DNA from: Calditrichia bacterium
GTDB taxonomy: Bacteria; Calditrichota; Calditrichia; RBG-13-44-9; J075
Length of the DNA stretch: 64,000 nucleotides
Direction: 5' to 3'
Assembly: GCA_050633245.1 (NCBI GenBank)
Contig: JBOEGD010000011.1
Location: 460,985-524,984 of the forward strand
Below are positions 20,379-29,169 of the stretch, one piece after another. The position numbers and the translations under genes were made by a program. Position 1 is the first letter of the stretch. Each line of letters begins with the position of its first letter. A model generated the notes under the pieces. It was not told the DNA's origin, ran no database searches, and saw only the letters and a program-made list of their open reading frames with translations.

Positions 20379-21134
20379 TTATCGTGCCATCCAGCCGCCA
20401 TCGACGGTTAGAATATGACCGTTCACATAGTCAGAGGCAGCGGAAGCCAAAAAGACGACAGCGCCCTGCATATCGGTTGCTTCTCCCCAACGTGCACTGG
20501 GGATCCGTGAAAGAATAGCTGCGTTGCGTTCAGCGTTTTCGCGTAGCGCGCGTGTATTCTCCGTAACCATATAGCCTGGAGCAATAGCATTCACGCATAC
20601 TCCATGCTGTGCCCATTCATTGGCAAGTGCCTTGGTCAATTGAGCCACTGCTCCCTTACTCGCCGCATAAGATGGCACGGTAATGCCTCCGGAAAAGCTT
20701 AAGAGCGAAGCAATATTGATTATTTTTCCGTTGCCACATGAAACCATATCCCTTGCAACTGCTTGGCTTAACAGAAAGACGCTCTTCGAATTCAGATTCA
20801 TCACGTCATCCCAGTCCTGCTCCGAGAATTCAGTTGCAGGGCTTCGACGAATAGTTCCGGCATTGTTTACGAGAATGTCTATTTTGCCGAATGCCTGCTT
20901 TGCTTCCTGCACTACGGTTGCGATAAAATCCGAGCTCGTCAGATCACCAGTCACACATAGTGCCTTTCGACCAGCGTCACGCACCTGCTTAGCAACGGTA
21001 TCTCGCTCACGATGATCTACCAGCACAATATCTGCGCCGGCATTGGCGAGGCCTAGCGTCATACCAGCACCTAAGCCGGTACTTGCACCGGTAACAACAG
21101 CAACTTTTCCCGATAGGTCGAACAGTGAGCCCAA
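20379..21134 (-). CDS. kduD: 2-dehydro-3-deoxy-D-gluconate 5-dehydrogenase
   Basis: 'LVNNAGTIRR', 'IASLLSFSGGITVPSYAASKG', 'LANEWA', 'IAPGYMVTENT'. Confidence 0.9.
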   Translation of the reverse strand: MGSLFDLSGKVAVVTGASTGLGAGMTLGLANAGADIVLVDHRERDTVAKQVRDAGRKALCVTGDLTSSDFIATVVQEAKQAFGKIDILVNNAGTIRRSPATEFSEQDWDDVMNLNSKSVFLLSQAVARDMVSCGNGKIINIASLLSFSGGITVPSYAASKGAVAQLTKALANEWAQHGVCVNAIAPGYMVTENTRALRENAERNAAILSRIPSARWGEATDMQGAVVFLASAASDYVNGHILTVDGGWMAR

Positions 21135-21149
21135 AATAAAACCCCATTT

Positions 21150-23870
21150 CTATTTCAATAACATCATTTTTCTTGTCAGGCTGCGTCCGCCGACTGTCAA
21201 CGTATAAAAATATACACCGGATGCGTGGTCGCTTGACTGCCACTTCACAGAGTGAGAGCCAGACTCCATTGTCTGCTGAACCAGCGTTTCAACATGCTTG
21301 CCGTTTATGTTGTAGATTGTCAGAGCTACAGTCGATCGTTCAGACAAGGAGAACATAATGGTGGTAGTTGGGTTAAAAGGATTAGGATAGTTTTGTGAAA
21401 GCGAGAAACCATCTGGTAGCGCGGTAGTTTGCTCAACAGGATCGATTCCAACCAAATTTCCTACCCAACGTTGATCACCCAACGGAAGGCCATCATCACC
21501 AAGTCCATTAACCGGGGAGCCTGCTGCAAGCGTAAAATCTCCACCTAGTCGGTTGAGATAAAGTGGATCGAGACTAACCATACCGGCTCCGAGATTACCG
21601 CTTCTGGAAAGTGATACTGGTCCAACATTAAGTGTATCACTGTAAGAAAGCACTGTTCCGAAGCCTGCCATAATAATTGACTCCGTATTATCAGGACTAT
21701 TTGTAAACAGGCTGTTTTTTACGATTGCCAGGTCACACTCGCGCAGGTAGAGAATTCGGGATGCATCATCGCCACAGGCATCAAATGTTGCATGATCGAT
21801 TAAAATCTTGGGTCCGTCGGTAAATGGTGCAGCATCTCCTGCATAAACATAGATAGCTTCTTTGTTTGTATTCCAGAACGTGCAGTTCACGACCTCAAGT
21901 ATTTCAACATTATATTCGCCGCTATCATCGGCCTCATCCTTCGCCCGAATTCCTTCTTTGCCGCTATTTTCAAAAAGACAATTTGTAAACACTAGTGAGT
22001 CGGCAAAAGTACCGGCATACGCACGAAAGAAATTCCCGTCCGAGCCGGAGACTACATCATGGAAATAACAGTCATTCGCCCGGAGAATATATGGCGTTGT
22101 GAAAGGATTGTCGTCTGTGCGGATCAAGTATTTGGCATTGGTAGCCGTTCCTGCCATACCATCCAATTCAATGCCATCCAGATATAGTCTTCCGCCGTTT
22201 TGAATTTCGATCAGGACCCGCGTGGTCGTTGCCGCATCAATATTACGTAGGATGGGGCGCTGATTAGGATTGGCAGCTTTAATTCTTATTGTCTGAGTAA
22301 TAAAAATGGTCTGGTCAAACTCAAAAACACCGGGCATCAGTTCAAATTCATCAAACGGACCAGCTGTAGCAATAGAGTCAATGAGCGTATTCAATCCGGG
22401 GGGAACTTGTACAACATTGCGCTCAACAGGATACCAGGCTGGACCAACGTCGGCGGCCGTTAAAGGTCTATTAGTAATTGGCAAAGTCGAGGCTTCATCT
22501 GCTCCAATGTCTTTATTGGCATCACGCATTTGACCATCAACGTCAGCTGTAACCATTGGATAACTTCCAACCGCGGCATCAATCGCCGGGCTGTTGGATG
22601 CAGGGCGAAACAGACTGTCAATACCGAGTACAACCAGGGGATCGATCTCGGTAATTCCAGATTCGGATGGAATACCAAGTGGCGAGCCAAACATAATATT
22701 GCCTTCATAGAGGGTATTTTGCGGTGTATCGTTGTAGACAATCAAATTTCCTTGATTACTGTAGACCAAATTATTTGCTACGATACAATCAAGCGGAGGA
22801 AGCGACAGTTCGCCGTCTGCGCCTGATCCGAATTCTATTGGTCTGACACAATCAACAAAGGTATTAAACGACACTTCTGCGTTAATTACCTGAAAATAGC
22901 GATTTAGCGGAGAGTTCGGTACACCATTGGTAATCGAAAGGGCAGAACGAAATCCGGTTCCGTTCAGGCCCTCGAAATAGTTATTACGTACAATATGGTC
23001 GCGATCAATAATGCGTACTCCGCTTGAGCCGGACACCCCATTTCCAAGGAAAAAATTGCCCTCGATTACATTGCGTTTACCGTGGCGAAGTGTCAATTGC
23101 CCATTACATTCTTCGAAGGTGTTGTTACGATAAACATTCTCGTTCGATTTACTGGAAATAATTTCAATCTCACCATCGCATTTATAGAAATAGTTATTTT
23201 CCACAATTACTTTGGCATTCGTTCCAGACTCGCTGCTGGTACCAATTCGAATGGTTTCCCAGCCATTATCCGGGCCTGTGGGACGATTACCGAAATAATT
23301 GTTATCTATACGATGATTTGTTTCGACGCCATCGAGCCATGCAACAACCGTGACACCGGAGTGATTTTGATTCGTAAAATAGCAATGATCCACGCGATTG
23401 TTTCGTCCGTAAAGAGACACCCAGAAGTATCGCGTATTGATATTGGGAGGATTGTAGCTATCGATAACGGTATTGGTTAAGCGAGAGTTATTCGCATTAC
23501 CATTGCCACTGCGAAAACGCACAATATGGTCGCCGCTTAAGCTGCCGCCAAGGAATAACAATCCATCTACAACCAACCAATCTCCACCAATACTCAATCG
23601 CGAAGTCCCGTCGAGGATTACCAGTCCCGGAGTTTCAGCACGTATTAAAATAGGGTTGCCCGAAGCACCATCAGCACGCAAATCGATATTTGCATTCGTC
23701 CACCGACCATTTGTCATGGTAAGCGTATCGCCCGGTTGTGCCGAAGCCATTGCAGTATTAATTTCTGCAACCGAAGAAACGAAGAACTCGGTTGCTTCTG
23801 CTACTGGTGAGGTTAAAAGAAAGGCACTACAAAGGAGCAAGCTTTTTAAAGCCATTATTGAGCGGGTCAT
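21150..23870 (-). CDS. PL6 alginate lyase with second beta-helix domain and T9SS-type CTD
   Basis: 'NGWETIRIGTS', 'EIEIISSKS', 'LTLRHG', 'NGVPNSPLNRYFQV'; CTD 'SQNYPNPFNPTT'. Confidence 0.9.
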   Translation of the reverse strand: MTRSIMALKSLLLCSAFLLTSPVAEATEFFVSSVAEINTAMASAQPGDTLTMTNGRWTNANIDLRADGASGNPILIRAETPGLVILDGTSRLSIGGDWLVVDGLLFLGGSLSGDHIVRFRSGNGNANNSRLTNTVIDSYNPPNINTRYFWVSLYGRNNRVDHCYFTNQNHSGVTVVAWLDGVETNHRIDNNYFGNRPTGPDNGWETIRIGTSSESGTNAKVIVENNYFYKCDGEIEIISSKSNENVYRNNTFEECNGQLTLRHGKRNVIEGNFFLGNGVSGSSGVRIIDRDHIVRNNYFEGLNGTGFRSALSITNGVPNSPLNRYFQVINAEVSFNTFVDCVRPIEFGSGADGELSLPPLDCIVANNLVYSNQGNLIVYNDTPQNTLYEGNIMFGSPLGIPSESGITEIDPLVVLGIDSLFRPASNSPAIDAAVGSYPMVTADVDGQMRDANKDIGADEASTLPITNRPLTAADVGPAWYPVERNVVQVPPGLNTLIDSIATAGPFDEFELMPGVFEFDQTIFITQTIRIKAANPNQRPILRNIDAATTTRVLIEIQNGGRLYLDGIELDGMAGTATNAKYLIRTDDNPFTTPYILRANDCYFHDVVSGSDGNFFRAYAGTFADSLVFTNCLFENSGKEGIRAKDEADDSGEYNVEILEVVNCTFWNTNKEAIYVYAGDAAPFTDGPKILIDHATFDACGDDASRILYLRECDLAIVKNSLFTNSPDNTESIIMAGFGTVLSYSDTLNVGPVSLSRSGNLGAGMVSLDPLYLNRLGGDFTLAAGSPVNGLGDDGLPLGDQRWVGNLVGIDPVEQTTALPDGFSLSQNYPNPFNPTTTIMFSLSERSTVALTIYNINGKHVETLVQQTMESGSHSVKWQSSDHASGVYFYTLTVGGRSLTRKMMLLK

Positions 23871-23909
23871 GCTTATCCTTAGTTTATAAATTACAAATTT
23901 TTGTAGGTT

Positions 23910-23944
23910 AAAACACCCAGGCGACCATGCGGGATCGCCCGGGC
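23910..23944 (-). terminator. Intrinsic terminator inside the operon
   Basis: Minus strand reads GCCCGGGCGATC-ccgcat-GGTCGCCTGGGT-GTTTT: a GC-rich stem with G.U pairs followed by a U-run. Confidence 0.55.
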
Positions 23945-23975
23945 AAACAAGGAGCAGATTACCCTGCTCTGGAAG

Positions 23976-26531
23976 TTACTTCAGCAACATCATCTGACGC
24001 ACCTGGACATTACCACCGTGCTGTAAACGGTAGAAATATACGCCGGAAGCCTGATTTAGTGCATCCCAAGTGAGTGAATACTCACCGGCAGGACGAACTT
24101 CATCAACCAGTGTTGCAACAACCTGACCAAGCAGGTTATATACTTCAAGAGTCACCTTACCACGAGACTGCAGAGAGTACTGAATAGTTGTGACCGGGTT
24201 AAACGGATTCGGGAAATTCTGAGCCAGCTCAAAAGACTGCGGCAGAGCAGAGATTCGTGTATCATCCACAATTCCGGTAGTAATCATACCAAAGTGACGA
24301 TCACCAATCAAACCACCCTTACTTGAGATGGTGTTAAGTGCAGCATTTTGCGGCTGAAAGTTACCATTCGGTGCATCAACATACTGAGCATCAAAGTTTC
24401 TCATGGTGCCTTCTCTGATAATACCAAGATCAGAAGATCCGGACCACTGACCACCTTCATTAATCCAGGGCTCGCCAATTGTGACAGTATCACCATTTGC
24501 CTTAATACCAGCAATATTGAAAGTGTCAATATGAGATACTACAGAGCCGAAGCGCTCTATAGAGATCAATGAGTTCGTTCCAGAGAAAACGTCATTACCC
24601 AGCTGAGCATCAGAAATGATAAGATCGCGAATCTGAGTATACTGGAAATCACGCTCCCAGATAACGCGGGATGCACAATTGTAGAATGTAGACTGTTCGA
24701 TCAAAGTAGGGGCATCAGCAGTCAGTGAGTCGCCATCGCTCTCAATTTTAATCGCACTTCCCTTAATATTATCAAATGTACAGTCACGAACGATCATAGC
24801 ACCATAAGCACCATTGCGCGGGTGAACCGGATCTTTGTGAGCATTAATAGAACGAATTCCTTCGTCACCAGTGTTGCGGAAGGTTACTTTTTCAAAGTGC
24901 AGGGAACCAACCCATGAGGTGCGGCTAATATCAAAGATGCTACCATCGGTAGAGGTTGCCGGATCTCCGGACTGATATACATTACGAAGTTCAGCATTTA
25001 CTACACGGATACGTGGCGCAGTTCCAAGACCAGCGGTCGGAACGTTGTTTACTTTCAACATATACTTAAACTGAGCGTAATCGCCGCTAACAGTTTGACC
25101 GTCAACAACTACATTGCGCAATGTAAAGTCCGCATTAATCGTGATATAGTCATTCTGCGCGATACCGGCGGCAGCTTTAATGATAGGTGGATTGCTTGGG
25201 TCTGCACCAATGATGGTCAAAGGCACATCGATTGTGGTGGGTGCAAGTTCATAAACGCCACCCGCTGTATTTAGCTCAATAATGTCAGCTGCGCCAGGAT
25301 TGGCATTAGCAAAATCGATAGCAGCACCTAAACCATCTGATGGCGAAATACTAATCGTTGTAAGTGCCGGAGGAGGATTGGTTGCCCAACGCAGGTCACC
25401 AATCGGTGTGCCTCCAGCGCCCAAGCGATAGCATGGAGAACCAGCCATCAATGTAAAGTCACCATTTGCCGGATCGGCAAACATCGGATCGTATTCATAA
25501 ATAGTTGTCCACTCTACATCACCTTCACCGGAAGCACCTGACCACTGTCCTGGTTGTAGAATAAAGGCACGTGGCCCTATGGTAACCGTATCACCATCTG
25601 CTTTAATACCGGCGATATCAAATGTATCGACATGAGCAACAATTGAACCCTCACGCTCAATTGAGATTAGCGAGTTGGTATCAGCGAAATTATCATTACC
25701 AAGGATACTACCGGCGATGATAATATTACGCATGATAGAATTCGCATAGTCACGCTCCCAAATCACACGACGCTGACAACCATAGAAGGTTACGTTTTCA
25801 ATCAACAGCTCACCATCATACGTGGTGGAGTCGCCGTCGCTCTCAACTTTAACCGCGCTACCGCGAATATTGTTGAAAGTACAGTTGCGAATAACAAGTG
25901 AACCAATTGCAGTTCCCTGAGGATGAACCGGATCTTTGTGAGCATTAATAGAACGTACACCTTCGTCACCAGTGTTCATGAGGGTTGTATTCTCAAAATG
26001 AACTTTGTCTGCATAAGATGTGCGACTGATGTCAAAGATTGTCCCATCCGATGCAGTTGCCGGATCACCGTTTTGGTACACATTACGGAGAACACAGTTA
26101 GTCACGATTAACTCAGGTGCGTCGTTGGCAACCGTTCCGGGAACGTTGTTAATTTTCAACATGAACTTAAACTGAGCATAAGTCCCGTTAATAGCTTGCC
26201 CGTCAATGATGATCCCATCGAGTGAGAGGTCGTTATTGATTGTAATAAAGTCGTTTTGAGCAATACTGGGATCGGCCTTGATAACAGGTGGGTTTGCCGG
26301 GTCGGTTCCGCGAATCGTCATCGGAACATCGATAGCAACCGGGAGCAGATTATACTCACCCCCAGCATCAGTCAACTCAAGAATGTCGGCCGAACCCGGG
26401 TTCGCGTTAGCAAAGTCAATTGCATTATTCAGGCCAGATGCCACGTCCACCTGAATAACAGTTTGTGCAAAAGCACCGCTGCAAAAAAATGCTGCAGCAA
26501 GGGTAAAAAGAATTGTCTTGAAGGAATTCAT
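23976..26531 (-). CDS. Secreted protein of two tandem ~367-aa beta-helix repeats plus T9SS-type CTD
   Basis: Start 26531 after GGAGG. Repeated blocks 'AIDFANANPG', 'IFDISRTS', 'NTGDEGxRSINAHKDPVHP', 'KxESDGDS', 'RVIWERD'; CTD 'AQNFPNPFNPVT'. Confidence 0.8.
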   Translation of the reverse strand: MNSFKTILFTLAAAFFCSGAFAQTVIQVDVASGLNNAIDFANANPGSADILELTDAGGEYNLLPVAIDVPMTIRGTDPANPPVIKADPSIAQNDFITINNDLSLDGIIIDGQAINGTYAQFKFMLKINNVPGTVANDAPELIVTNCVLRNVYQNGDPATASDGTIFDISRTSYADKVHFENTTLMNTGDEGVRSINAHKDPVHPQGTAIGSLVIRNCTFNNIRGSAVKVESDGDSTTYDGELLIENVTFYGCQRRVIWERDYANSIMRNIIIAGSILGNDNFADTNSLISIEREGSIVAHVDTFDIAGIKADGDTVTIGPRAFILQPGQWSGASGEGDVEWTTIYEYDPMFADPANGDFTLMAGSPCYRLGAGGTPIGDLRWATNPPPALTTISISPSDGLGAAIDFANANPGAADIIELNTAGGVYELAPTTIDVPLTIIGADPSNPPIIKAAAGIAQNDYITINADFTLRNVVVDGQTVSGDYAQFKYMLKVNNVPTAGLGTAPRIRVVNAELRNVYQSGDPATSTDGSIFDISRTSWVGSLHFEKVTFRNTGDEGIRSINAHKDPVHPRNGAYGAMIVRDCTFDNIKGSAIKIESDGDSLTADAPTLIEQSTFYNCASRVIWERDFQYTQIRDLIISDAQLGNDVFSGTNSLISIERFGSVVSHIDTFNIAGIKANGDTVTIGEPWINEGGQWSGSSDLGIIREGTMRNFDAQYVDAPNGNFQPQNAALNTISSKGGLIGDRHFGMITTGIVDDTRISALPQSFELAQNFPNPFNPVTTIQYSLQSRGKVTLEVYNLLGQVVATLVDEVRPAGEYSLTWDALNQASGVYFYRLQHGGNVQVRQMMLLK
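24823..25955. repeat. Intragenic duplication; identical 32-nt anchor at 24823-24854 and 25924-25955 (offset 1101 nt = 367 codons)
   Basis: TGAACCGGATCTTTGTGAGCATTAATAGAACG occurs twice, each followed after 4 nt by CCTTCGTCACCAGTGTT. Confidence 0.9.
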
Positions 26532-26609
26532 AGAACCTCCTGGTTTAGTAACTAGATTTTCAGCACTGGGCTGATAGTTAATGTGATGCAAATTAGTTTG
26601 CCGTAACGT

Positions 26610-28127
26610 TTAATAACTGAAAGTCACCCCGACCAGCACATTATTAGACTGCTGATAGGAAAAATTTGTATTGCTAAAATAGGTGTCATAGTATTTCAAT
26701 GAACCGAACTCATAGGCGAAATCCACCTGCGCAAAATAGGCCTTTACACTTGCGCCAAGCGTATACAGATGAGCTTCCGGGCCACGATCAGGCTGAGCGG
26801 CGCCATCTGGTGCAAACACCTGGGGTAGATTGCGATAACCGCCCATCAGAGATACATTTTCTATTGGCTTAAACTCGACACCAACACGGAACGTGGTTTG
26901 ATCTACCCACTCACGTAGCGTCGCATCGGAGCTTGCTAATACAAAGTTCGCGTCAGCATAAGGATTGTGTTCGATATCCAAAGCGATTTGAAATTTGTCT
27001 GTCGGCTGTATACCTAAGCCAAAAGTAAATGAGAATGGAATTTCCAACTTATCTTCACCGGAGATTGAACCGGTAGACGAACTATCAGCAGTTGAAACAC
27101 TGCTGGTATAATTCCATTCACGAGTAAGCGTATATGCGGGTCGCAGGTTTGCGCCAACGGTTAGTCGACCCAGCGATATGGCAGTGCCCAGATTGAGCTT
27201 TGTAGCAGAAAAATCAGATGTTCCTTCCAAGCGCACATCCAATGTATCATAGCTGAAGCGAAAGATTTGGATACCATCAACAAGCTCAAAAATCCCTATT
27301 CGATTTAGAGATTGGTATTCCTCTGTTTCACCACTAATGCTCTCAAAACCTAGTCCGAAACGAATATTCTCGTTCCAGCCAAAAGCAAGGGCTCCACTAT
27401 AGCTACGCAGTGGCCCGGTACGTTCACGCTCGAAGTCAGACCAGTTGATAAAGACGCTGTCCTGAGCAGAAACGACACGAGCAGGTAAATCACCATATCC
27501 GTCGAACGCCGGATGAGGCGTTAAGTGCGTAATGTTGCGGTCGTAATCATTAATATTCATGTTTGCATTGTAGCCCAGTGATACAACCATAGGGCGTTCA
27601 GATATTTTGAAAGGAAATGCAGCAGTCAAGTTGGTAAGCCCTGCATCATCTAACGCTTTTTGCCAATCCGCAGCTTCTTCAGAGTAGGTATCGGCTCCCA
27701 AAAGCGGATCGTTTACGATATAAGTCGAATCCTCAAAGAAGGCCTCATTATCAATCCAACCATCAAACTCCGGATTAGGTGTATATAGCCCATCCAGAAT
27801 AAACGACATCGTTACCAATTGGCGATTCGGACGATAGTCCTGAGCTTCACGCCACTTGTTTTCATTCGAATTAAAGTTGGCGCTAAAGCTCAGTTTATCA
27901 AGCCCGATCAACCCTGCCGGATTCCAATAGTGAGCATCTAACTCACTGTGAACGGCGGTAAAAGCCCCACCCATCGCAACAGCTTTTACACCGCTACGAT
28001 TCACCAGATCCAGCCCTTGAAATCGCAGATTATCTCCGCGATGCTGACTAAGCCCCAAGCTGGTCAAAATCGTCAGCAGCAAGATTGCCGTGCTAATTCT
28101 CAGGTTATGTTTTTTCACTGACATCAT
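26610..28127 (-). CDS. FadL/OmpP1-like outer-membrane beta-barrel
   Basis: Signal peptide; 'KAVAMGGAFTA...YWNPAGL'; amphipathic strands; C-terminal 'VGVTFSY'. Confidence 0.7.
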   Translation of the reverse strand: MMSVKKHNLRISTAILLLTILTSLGLSQHRGDNLRFQGLDLVNRSGVKAVAMGGAFTAVHSELDAHYWNPAGLIGLDKLSFSANFNSNENKWREAQDYRPNRQLVTMSFILDGLYTPNPEFDGWIDNEAFFEDSTYIVNDPLLGADTYSEEAADWQKALDDAGLTNLTAAFPFKISERPMVVSLGYNANMNINDYDRNITHLTPHPAFDGYGDLPARVVSAQDSVFINWSDFERERTGPLRSYSGALAFGWNENIRFGLGFESISGETEEYQSLNRIGIFELVDGIQIFRFSYDTLDVRLEGTSDFSATKLNLGTAISLGRLTVGANLRPAYTLTREWNYTSSVSTADSSSTGSISGEDKLEIPFSFTFGLGIQPTDKFQIALDIEHNPYADANFVLASSDATLREWVDQTTFRVGVEFKPIENVSLMGGYRNLPQVFAPDGAAQPDRGPEAHLYTLGASVKAYFAQVDFAYEFGSLKYYDTYFSNTNFSYQQSNNVLVGVTFSY

Positions 28128-28145
28128 TATTAACTCCAGATCTGT

Positions 28146-29138
28146 TTATTGAAGCTCGAAATTGAAGGTGAAGCGCTGCACATTGCCAAGAAATTCACCA
28201 AAGTCGTTATATGAATAATCCAGCTTAAAACGGTTGACGTTAATACCAAATCCCGCTGTCCAGCTCTCTTCATCAAAATTCACTTTATAGCCACTGCGTA
28301 ACGAAATCAGACTGCGATAAGAATATTCCACTCCCAGGTGCTGCTGCTGACTATGATCACGAGTTTGCGCCAGATCGTAAGCAAACAATACATTATGATC
28401 TTCTGAAGGCATTAGAAAAGCATCACCCTCGTCTCCAAGCAACATGCCGGACAGGCCAATTGCAAAGATCTGCGGTAGCGGGTATCCTTCATCTACATAT
28501 TTTACTTCCGGGCCAAAATTGCGTAGCATCATACCGAAGTCCAGCGATCTAAGGCCGGTTTTAAACAATATTCCACCATCAAATATTACGCTTCCGGAAC
28601 TTTCCACGATCAGGTCTTCATATGCATACTTTGCCGTCAGGCCAAATGAAAATTGTGTGGTAAGGCGTCGGGCATAAGAGATTCCAAACAACATGGCGCT
28701 CGGAGCAACGTTCGAACCGGTAAAACCAAGGTTGAAAATGCCGGTTGCAGGATCACGGAAGAGCTGATCTGCGCGAGTTTCCTGTATTTCGCCGTAGTCC
28801 AAGACCTGAGCCTGAACAGCAAATGTTCCGAAATTGCCTATTGTATACGAACCGGAAAAGCTGCTCACGGTAACATCTGAGAAGTAATCCAGATACGCCA
28901 CACCAGCCTCTAGACGAGAGGTTCGACTGAGCGCGGCAGGATTAAAAAAGACCGCCTCAGAGGTGTTAATCGTTGTTGAGGCAACTCCACCCATGGCAGA
29001 GGCCCGCGCATTGGGAATGACTGTCAGGAACTGAAAAGACGTCGTACCGACCTGGTCGAATCCCCTTACTTGTGCACCGGCTGATCCCGCCCAAAGAGTG
29101 GCAAAGAGTAACAGCGTTGTGTTGAATAAACGTTTCAT
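28146..29138 (-). CDS. PorV/PorQ-family outer-membrane protein
   Basis: 'VGTTSFQFLTVIPNARASAMGG...VFFNPAAL', 'LDYGEI', 'NFGPEVKY...LPQIF', 'GVEYSY...LRSGYK', 'LDYSY'. Confidence 0.85.
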   Translation of the reverse strand: MKRLFNTTLLLFATLWAGSAGAQVRGFDQVGTTSFQFLTVIPNARASAMGGVASTTINTSEAVFFNPAALSRTSRLEAGVAYLDYFSDVTVSSFSGSYTIGNFGTFAVQAQVLDYGEIQETRADQLFRDPATGIFNLGFTGSNVAPSAMLFGISYARRLTTQFSFGLTAKYAYEDLIVESSGSVIFDGGILFKTGLRSLDFGMMLRNFGPEVKYVDEGYPLPQIFAIGLSGMLLGDEGDAFLMPSEDHNVLFAYDLAQTRDHSQQQHLGVEYSYRSLISLRSGYKVNFDEESWTAGFGINVNRFKLDYSYNDFGEFLGNVQRFTFNFELQ

Positions 29139-29169
29139 GTTATTCCTCTATCTACGTTGGCATGAGCCA

